A stretch of DNA of 64,000 nucleotides from Flavobacteriaceae bacterium (GTDB taxonomy: Bacteria > Bacteroidota > Bacteroidia > Flavobacteriales > Flavobacteriaceae). The position numbers and the translations under genes were made by a program. The notes under the pieces are model-generated. The model did not search any database and was not told the origin of the DNA. It saw only the letters and a list, made by a program, of their open reading frames with translations. This document shows, in pieces, positions 57,367 to 64,000 of the stretch; the first letter of the stretch is position 1; each line of letters begins with the position of its first letter. The stretch covers positions 20,272 to 84,271 of the forward strand of contig JAKITV010000006.1 in the NCBI GenBank assembly GCA_021647885.1. Direction: 5' to 3'.

Positions 57367-58431
57367 ATGAATATATCATTAAGCATAACAAAAAATATTC
57401 ATGACTGGCTTCTTAGCATTATGCCGGAAAGCGCAGCAAACATTGTAGAAATGGTATTAATAGGATTACTTTATCTGGCTATTTTTGCTATTTTAGGTTT
57501 ATTTCTTGTATTACTTGAAAGACGTATTGCTGCTTGGTTTCAATTGCGAATCGGACCAAATAGAGTAGGTTTTCATGGTCTCTTACAAACCATGGCTGAT
57601 GCTTTAAAATTGCTTTCTAAAGAATTAACTGGAACGACAAAAGCAGACAAGTTTTTATACAATTTAGCACCATACTTTGTTATTGTTTCGTCATTAATGG
57701 CGTTGGCAGTTATCCCATTTACAAAAGAGTTTCATGCTTTCGATATAAATATTGGTATTTTCTTTTTAATTGCCATTTCGTCTGTTGGGGTTATTGGTAT
57801 TTTATTAGGAGGTTGGGCGAGTAACAATAAGTTTGCGCTAATTGGCGCAATGCGTAGTGGCGTGCAAACTATTAGTTATGAGCTTTCGGTTGCCTTATCA
57901 TTATTAACAATGATAATAATTACTGGGTCTTTACAACTTTCTGAAATTATTGAAGTTCAAAAAAGCGGCTGGCTCATTGTTCAAGGGCATATTCCTGCAA
58001 TTATTGCCTTCATGGTTTTTATGATTTCTGGTACTGCCGAAAGCAATAGAGCACCATTTGATATGGTTGAAGCCGAATCAGAATTAGGAGCTGGCTTTCA
58101 TACCGAATATTCGGGAATGAAATTCGCCTATTTCTTTTTAGCTGAGTTTATTAATATGTTCATAATAGCTGCCATTGCAGCAACAGTATTTTTTGGAGGA
58201 TGGTTGTCGCCATTTGGTATTACAGAATCTATTCCTTGGTTAGGTGTGTTTTGGTTTTTAGGTAAAACATTTATCCTCGTGTTTTTAATGATGTGGTTTA
58301 GATGGACGTTTCCTCGGTTAAGAGTGGATCAGCTACTTACTTTGGAATGGAAATATCTGCTTCCAATAAACCTAGTAAATATTATAATAATGGCATTAAT
58401 TGTTTGGCTTAACTTAACAATTCAATTTTAA
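57367..58431 (+). CDS. nuoH: Complex I subunit H
   Basis: ERR..A..Q.RIGP, ADALKL..KE, SYE, NRAPFD..EAESEL..GF.TEYSG. Confidence 0.95.
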   Translation: MNISLSITKNIHDWLLSIMPESAANIVEMVLIGLLYLAIFAILGLFLVLLERRIAAWFQLRIGPNRVGFHGLLQTMADALKLLSKELTGTTKADKFLYNLAPYFVIVSSLMALAVIPFTKEFHAFDINIGIFFLIAISSVGVIGILLGGWASNNKFALIGAMRSGVQTISYELSVALSLLTMIIITGSLQLSEIIEVQKSGWLIVQGHIPAIIAFMVFMISGTAESNRAPFDMVEAESELGAGFHTEYSGMKFAYFFLAEFINMFIIAAIAATVFFGGWLSPFGITESIPWLGVFWFLGKTFILVFLMMWFRWTFPRLRVDQLLTLEWKYLLPINLVNIIIMALIVWLNLTIQF

Positions 58432-58437
58432 AAGAGT

Positions 58438-58914
58438 ATGAGTTATTTTTCAGATATATATAAAGGTGTTAAAACACTCCTAACAGGAATGAGTGTTACA
58501 GGAAAGTACTTTTTAAATTCGAGAAAGGGAGCCATAACACAACAATATCCTGATAATAGAGATACTTTAAAAATGTTTGACCGTTTTCGAGGTGAAGTTA
58601 TTATGCCTCACGACGAAAATAATGAGCATCGTTGTACTGGCTGTCAAAAATGTGAAATTGCTTGTCCTAATGGTACTATTGAAATAATTTGGGATAGAGG
58701 GATAGATGAAACAACAGGCAAAAAGAAGAAAAAAATAGATCAGTTTGTATATCATTTAGGCATGTGTACTATGTGTGGTTTATGCATTGATGTTTGCCCA
58801 ACTGATGCTATAGAATGGGGACAGAATTTTGAAAATTCAGTATATGACAGGGCACAACTCACAAGAGTTTTAAATAAACCAGAATCTAAATTACAACCAG
58901 GAGTAGAAGACTAA
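58438..58914 (+). CDS. nuoI: Complex I subunit I (2[4Fe-4S])
   Basis: TQQYP, RFRG, CTGCQKCEIACP, CTMCGLCIDVCP. Confidence 0.95.
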   Translation: MSYFSDIYKGVKTLLTGMSVTGKYFLNSRKGAITQQYPDNRDTLKMFDRFRGEVIMPHDENNEHRCTGCQKCEIACPNGTIEIIWDRGIDETTGKKKKKIDQFVYHLGMCTMCGLCIDVCPTDAIEWGQNFENSVYDRAQLTRVLNKPESKLQPGVED

Positions 58915-58918
58915 ATTT

Positions 58919-59443
58919 ATGGAAAGATATATATTTTACATGGTCGCGTTAATTATGATTGTATCTGCAATTGCTTCTGTAAGTAGTCGTAAAATGTTGC
59001 GCTCGGTTATCTATTTATTATTTGTTTTAGTAAGTATTGCAGGTATTTTCTTTTTAATTGATTATAACTTTTTAGCAGCCGTTCAGCTTACTGTATATGC
59101 TGGCGGAATTATTGTACTTATGATTTTTTCTGTACTGTTAGTACATCATATTGAAATGAGACTGGAAGTTGCTAAAGTTTCTAAACGAATACTAACAGCT
59201 ATTGCTTGTATTATTGGAATTGGTGTATTTGTTACAACCATTTACTCCTATGATTTTAAAGTGGAAGGAATTGCCACAACCACAACAACTGAAGACATTG
59301 GTATTGGCTTATTGAGCTTTGGAGAAGGTGGATTTATTTTACCTTTTGAAGTCATTAGTGTGATTTTATTAGCTGCAATGATTGGAGCTATTGTAATTGC
59401 TAAAGGGAAAAGGTTAGAACCTAATAACGACGAAACGCTATGA
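58919..59443 (+). CDS. nuoJ: Complex I subunit J
   Basis: VQLTVYAGGIIVL, LPFE..S..LL.AMIGA. Confidence 0.93.
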   Translation: MERYIFYMVALIMIVSAIASVSSRKMLRSVIYLLFVLVSIAGIFFLIDYNFLAAVQLTVYAGGIIVLMIFSVLLVHHIEMRLEVAKVSKRILTAIACIIGIGVFVTTIYSYDFKVEGIATTTTTEDIGIGLLSFGEGGFILPFEVISVILLAAMIGAIVIAKGKRLEPNNDETL

Positions 59444-59757
59444 TTGAAGGAATTAGCATATACGAAATACTAACGCTTACATCAATATTGTTTTTTATTG
59501 GTGTTTATGGATTTATTACAAGAAAGAACTTGATATCCATTTTGATTTCTGTCGAATTGATTTTGAATGCATCTGTTGTCAACTTTGTTGTCATCAACAA
59601 ATATCTATATCCAGATATGTTGCAAGGTGTTTTCTTTTCAATCTTTATTATCGCAGTTGCTGCTGCCGAAACCGCATTGGCAATTTCAATAATAATAAAC
59701 CTATACAGGCAAATTAGTTCTGTTGAAGTCAAGGACATTGAAACTATGAAGTATTGA
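59440..59757 (+). CDS. nuoK: Complex I subunit K
   Basis: SVELILN, AVAAAETA. Confidence 0.94.
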   Translation: MIEGISIYEILTLTSILFFIGVYGFITRKNLISILISVELILNASVVNFVVINKYLYPDMLQGVFFSIFIIAVAAAETALAISIIINLYRQISSVEVKDIETMKY

Positions 59758-59821
59758 TGAATTAGAATTAAGATTATAAACTTGAAAAAAATAAATTCGA
59801 TTATTAAAATATAAAGTAGAA

Positions 59822-61744
59822 ATGGATTTCAGTTATACCATATTAATCCCATTAATTCCTCTAGCAGTCTTTTTATTGCTAGGAATTTTTAATCAAAAAA
59901 TTAAGCCAGCAGTTTCTGGATATATTGGTGTGTTTGGATTGTTGACTTCGGCAATAATATCATTTTATGCGGCCTACCAATACTTTTTCGTAAGCAGTAA
60001 AGTAGATGGTGTTTATCAAACTTTTGTAGAAAAGACTGTTTGGATGAACTTTACCGATACCCTTCGTATAGATATGGGGATTTTGATAGATCCGATTTCT
60101 GTTATGATGCTTATAGTGGTTTCCGTTGTGTCGTTAATGGTACATATTTACAGTAGAGGTTATATGAAAGACGATGATGGTTATACTAAATTTTTTGCGT
60201 TCTTATCACTTTTCACTTTCTCAATGTATGGCTTGGTTTTGGCAACAAATCTCTTTCAAATATATATTTTCTGGGAATTGGTTGGAGTTTCATCCTATTT
60301 ATTAATTGGATATTATTATACAAAACCTTCAGCAGTAGCTGCTGCCAAAAAAGCATTTATAGTTACACGTTTTGCCGATTTAGGGTTTTTAATAGGAATC
60401 TTAATAATGGGCTATTATACTGGAACATTCGATTTTGAAGCCTTAAATAATCCTGAAGGAAGCGCTATTTTAAATTGGGCATCGACTTCATTTATGGGCT
60501 TGTCTGCAATTACTTGGGCATTAATCTTAATTTTTATTGGTGGCGCTGGTAAATCGGCAATGTTACCATTTCATATTTGGTTGCCCGATGCTATGGAAGG
60601 ACCTACGCCAGTGTCTGCATTAATTCACGCAGCAACTATGGTTGTAGCTGGTATTTATTTGGTGGCACGATTATTCCCTATGTTCTATTTTGTTGAAGAA
60701 GGCTTCGCCCTAAATATTGTGGCTTATGTTGGTGCTATTTCATCCTTATTTGCAGCTATTATTGCCATCACACAAACCGATATTAAACGAGTGCTTGCAT
60801 TTTCAACCATGTCGCAATTGGGTTATATGATGATGTCTCTTGGTGTTTCTGGTTATGATGGACATGAAGGTGTAGGGTATATGGCATCTATGTTCCACTT
60901 ATTTACACATGCCATGTTTAAAGCCTTATTGTTTCTAGGAGCTGGTTCGGTAATTCATGCTGTACATAGTAACTATTTAAAAGATATGGGAGGTTTAAGA
61001 AAGTATATGCCAATTACAAACATTACATTTTTAATTGCGGCTTTGGCTATTGCAGGAATGCCTCCATTTGCAGGGTTTTGGAGTAAAGATGAAATTTTGG
61101 TAGCCGCTTTCGAACATAATCAACTTATTTATTATGTAGGCGTTCTAGTGGCTGGACTGACTGCATTTTATATGTTTCGAATTTACTTTGGGATATTTTG
61201 GGGAAAAGACAAAACGTATGAACACACGCCAAAAGAGTCACCTTTTTCTATGACTTTTCCTTTACTGGTTTTAGCTTTATTAAGTATTGTTGGCGGATTT
61301 ATTCCTTTTAGTGAATTTGTATCTGCCGATAAAGCTGGATTCGTAGCGCATTTAAATTATCCTCTGGCTGCCATTGCTGTTGGAATTGGCTTAACGGGAA
61401 TTATTCTTGCTTGGGTGTTTTATAAAAAAGAAAATAATCTTGCCGATAAATGGGCTAATGCTTTTGGAACCTTTTACAAGTGGTCGTATCATAAATTTTA
61501 TTTCGATGAGGTTTACCTGTTTATCACTAAAAAAATATTATTCAAACGTGTTGCAGCACCAATAGCTTGGTTCGATAAAAAAGTTGTGGATGGAACGATG
61601 GAAGGAATAGGAAACAAAACAGTTTTAGCTTCTGAAAAAATAAAAGGAATGCAATCCGGAAGAGTTCAGGATTATGCTTTTGCTTTTATTGGAGGTGTTG
61701 TTGTTTTGGCAATAGTGTTTATTTATTTATGGACAAACAATTAA
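59822..61744 (+). CDS. nuoL: Complex I subunit L
   Basis: WELVG, GKSA..P.H.WLPDAMEGPTPVSALIHAATMV, THAMFKALLF. Confidence 0.95.
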   Translation: MDFSYTILIPLIPLAVFLLLGIFNQKIKPAVSGYIGVFGLLTSAIISFYAAYQYFFVSSKVDGVYQTFVEKTVWMNFTDTLRIDMGILIDPISVMMLIVVSVVSLMVHIYSRGYMKDDDGYTKFFAFLSLFTFSMYGLVLATNLFQIYIFWELVGVSSYLLIGYYYTKPSAVAAAKKAFIVTRFADLGFLIGILIMGYYTGTFDFEALNNPEGSAILNWASTSFMGLSAITWALILIFIGGAGKSAMLPFHIWLPDAMEGPTPVSALIHAATMVVAGIYLVARLFPMFYFVEEGFALNIVAYVGAISSLFAAIIAITQTDIKRVLAFSTMSQLGYMMMSLGVSGYDGHEGVGYMASMFHLFTHAMFKALLFLGAGSVIHAVHSNYLKDMGGLRKYMPITNITFLIAALAIAGMPPFAGFWSKDEILVAAFEHNQLIYYVGVLVAGLTAFYMFRIYFGIFWGKDKTYEHTPKESPFSMTFPLLVLALLSIVGGFIPFSEFVSADKAGFVAHLNYPLAAIAVGIGLTGIILAWVFYKKENNLADKWANAFGTFYKWSYHKFYFDEVYLFITKKILFKRVAAPIAWFDKKVVDGTMEGIGNKTVLASEKIKGMQSGRVQDYAFAFIGGVVVLAIVFIYLWTNN

Positions 61745-61804
61745 AGAAATAACAAAAAGTAAATGACAAGCTACAAAGATATTTTATCAAACACCTTTTA
61801 TAAT

Positions 61805-61846
61805 TTGGGTTTTGGAACTTGGAATTTAAGAATTGGAATTTAAGAA
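61805..61846 (+). repeat. Heptamer tandem-repeat spacer between nuoL and nuoM
   Basis: TTGGGTT TTGGAAC TTGGAAT TTAAGAA TTGGAAT TTAAGAA. Confidence 0.65.
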
Positions 61847-61849
61847 ATT

Positions 61850-63337
61850 ATGGATATTTTATCACTTTTTATAACAGTACCAATAATAACCATTTTAGCT
61901 TTAGTTTTTACTAAAGGGTTAAAACAAGCACGTATCGTTTCTATGGTTGGAGGTGTTATTCAGCTTATTATGGCAATTAATTTGGTCTTTGCATATTTTA
62001 AAGAAAAAGCGGTTAATGATGCCATCATGGTTTTTACTAGAGATGTTGTTTGGTACGAACATTTTAACATACATTATAGCATAGGAGTCGATGGCGTTTC
62101 AGTCGCGTTACTATTATTAACAGCCATAGTCGTTTTAGCAGGAGTATTCATTTCATGGAAAATGAACGATTTACCTAAAGAATTTTTTATTTCGCTTATA
62201 GTACTTTCCATAGGCGTTTATGGGTTCTTTATTTCTATCGATTTGTTTACGTTGTTTGTCTTCTTTGAAATTGCAGTAATACCAATGTATTTATTAATTG
62301 GTATTTGGGGGACAGGGCCTAAAGAATATTCAGCGATGAAATTGACGTTAATGTTAATGGGTGCTTCTGCAGTTTTGTTAGTTGGAATTTTAGGAATTTA
62401 TTTCAACTCTAATGCTGACGGAGGCGCGTTAACATTCAATATTTTAGAAATAGCTCAAGTAAATATTCCTTTCGAAGTTCAAAAAATATTTTTCCCATTA
62501 GTGTTTATTGGCTTTGCAGTTATTAGCGCTTTGTTTCCATTCCATACTTGGTCGCCAGATGGTCATGCTTCAGCGCCAACAGCAGTTTCTATGTTGCATG
62601 CTGGTGTTTTAATGAAATTAGGAGGCTATGGTGTTTTTAGAGTAGCGATGTATTTATTGCCCGAAGGTGCTTTACATTGGTCTTGGTTCTTTATAATATT
62701 AGCCGTTATTGGTGTAATTTATGGCGCCTTTGCTGCATTGAAACAAACCGATTTAAAGTACATTAACGCTTACTCTTCAGTAAGTCATTTAGGCTTAGTT
62801 TTATTCGCCTTATTAATGCTGAATAAAACATCTTGGAATGGAGCAATATTACAGTCGTTATCTCACGGATTTATGACTGCTCTATTCTTTGCTTTAATTG
62901 GGATGATTTATAGTAGGACACAAACAAGAGATATTTATAAACTAGGAGGATTGTTAAAAGTGATTCCATTTATTTCGGTCATATATGTTATTGTGGGTTT
63001 AGCATCGTTGGGATTGCCTGGGCTTAGTGGTTTTGTTGCTGAAATGAACATTTTTGTAGGCGCATTTCAACACGAGGATATGTTTTATAGAGTTTCAACA
63101 ATTATAGTAGTTTCAGCAATAGTAGTTACTGCTGTTTATATTTTGCGCGCGGCAGGAATTATGCTCATGGGACCAGTAAAAAATGAAGCATATTTAAACT
63201 TGCCAAAAGTAACATGGTATGAAAAAACAGGAATACTATTGTTGTTAATTCCTATTGTTGGAATGGGAGTTGCACCACTTTGGTTAAGCGATATGATTTT
63301 GGAAAGCTTACAACCTTTTATTCAAGCAGTATTATAA
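61850..63337 (+). CDS. nuoM: Complex I subunit M
   Basis: FFE..VIP, PFHTW.P..H..APT, LMKLGGYG, AYSSVSH, GLPG.SGF.AE. Confidence 0.95.
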   Translation: MDILSLFITVPIITILALVFTKGLKQARIVSMVGGVIQLIMAINLVFAYFKEKAVNDAIMVFTRDVVWYEHFNIHYSIGVDGVSVALLLLTAIVVLAGVFISWKMNDLPKEFFISLIVLSIGVYGFFISIDLFTLFVFFEIAVIPMYLLIGIWGTGPKEYSAMKLTLMLMGASAVLLVGILGIYFNSNADGGALTFNILEIAQVNIPFEVQKIFFPLVFIGFAVISALFPFHTWSPDGHASAPTAVSMLHAGVLMKLGGYGVFRVAMYLLPEGALHWSWFFIILAVIGVIYGAFAALKQTDLKYINAYSSVSHLGLVLFALLMLNKTSWNGAILQSLSHGFMTALFFALIGMIYSRTQTRDIYKLGGLLKVIPFISVIYVIVGLASLGLPGLSGFVAEMNIFVGAFQHEDMFYRVSTIIVVSAIVVTAVYILRAAGIMLMGPVKNEAYLNLPKVTWYEKTGILLLLIPIVGMGVAPLWLSDMILESLQPFIQAVL

Positions 63338-63355
63338 ATATTTTAAATAACTAAA

Positions 63356-64000
63356 ATGGATTTTAGTAGTTTTTTATTAATGAGGCAAGAAATTTTACTT
63401 TTAGCAATTACGTTATTGTTAATTTTAACTGAAATTTTTATACCTCAAAACAAAAAGAGTAGCATTGTACATCTCGCTATCTTTTTATTTGGCATTCATA
63501 CTATTGTAGGCTTTTTTGCTATTGAAGAGGGCAACATATTTGGTGGAATGTTCCATACAAACGACTTAGTTCACTTCTTTAAAAATGTACTGAATATTGG
63601 AGTGTTAATATTGTTATTGCAATCGGCAGATTGGTTGCAGGAAAAAATCGTTATCCATAATAGAGGAACAGAATTTTTCGTTTTGATGTTTGCTTCTTTA
63701 TTAGGAATGTATTTTATGATTTCGGCTGGCGATTTTTTAATGTTTTATTTAGGGCTGGAATTATCAACACTCCCAATTGCTGCATTAGCCGCTTATGAAA
63801 CCACCAAAAGAATATCGAGCGAAGCAGGAATAAAACTAATCCTGTCTGCTGCTTTAGCTTCTGGGGTATCGTTATTTGGTATTTCTATGCTGTATGCAAC
63901 AACAGGATCTATTTATTTTAATGATATTACAGAAGTTATAACAGCCACTAATTTATCCATCCTAGGCTTAATTTTATTTTTTGCAGGATTAGCATTCAAA
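63356..64000 (+). CDS. nuoN: Complex I subunit N, 5' part (runs off window)
   Basis: Hand translation MDFSSFLLMRQEI...EFFVL...LGLELSTL...SEAGIK...GLAFK; open to the window end. Confidence 0.9.
   Translation, partial: MDFSSFLLMRQEILLLAITLLLILTEIFIPQNKKSSIVHLAIFLFGIHTIVGFFAIEEGNIFGGMFHTNDLVHFFKNVLNIGVLILLLQSADWLQEKIVIHNRGTEFFVLMFASLLGMYFMISAGDFLMFYLGLELSTLPIAALAAYETTKRISSEAGIKLILSAALASGVSLFGISMLYATTGSIYFNDITEVITATNLSILGLILFFAGLAFK

Noticed and set aside
1108-59738. Many 60-140 aa ORFs antisense to or overlapping recognised genes
   Set aside because: They lie within well-supported genes and show no recognisable motifs; treated as shadow ORFs.
59822-64000. Complex I variant with a duplicated NuoM
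   Set aside because: Order is L, one M, then N.

Overview
AT-rich chromosomal window from a Flavobacteriaceae (Bacteroidota) bacterium, judged from gene order (IPExxxVDY-rnc-fabF-acpP-purN-rnhA-pfkB-purF; accC-accB-fabH-rpmF-yceD-pdxA), TAnnTTTG promoter boxes and SD-less start sites. The first ~51 kb is mostly housekeeping genes, two tRNAs (Ala-GGC and a CAT tRNA, probably Ile2), intrinsic terminators and REP-like palindromes. No transposase, integrase, prophage or CRISPR array was seen. Two things stand out. (1) From 51.3 kb to the end, a divergent 2[4Fe-4S] ferredoxin faces a tightly packed, probably single operon encoding a two-subunit 2-oxoacid:ferredoxin oxidoreductase (korAB) followed directly by an 11-subunit complex I lacking NuoEFG (nuoABCDHIJKLMN). 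A CRP/FNR-type palindrome lies exactly midway between the two divergent -7 boxes. This suggests a low-oxygen 2-oxoacid -> ferredoxin -> quinone ion-pumping chain. (2) Between purF and sodA lie two ~72-nt near-identical candidate small RNA genes, each with its own promoter box, a 5' hairpin and a terminator showing a compensatory base-pair change. Smaller observations include a terminator-like hairpin inside the rnc coding sequence, two unannotated membrane microproteins coupled to queD, three palindromes at 32-bp spacing upstream of an AAA ATPase, probable leaderless genes, and heptamer-repeat spacers inside operons. All calls come from reading the sequence and recognising motifs; no searches or folding programs were run.
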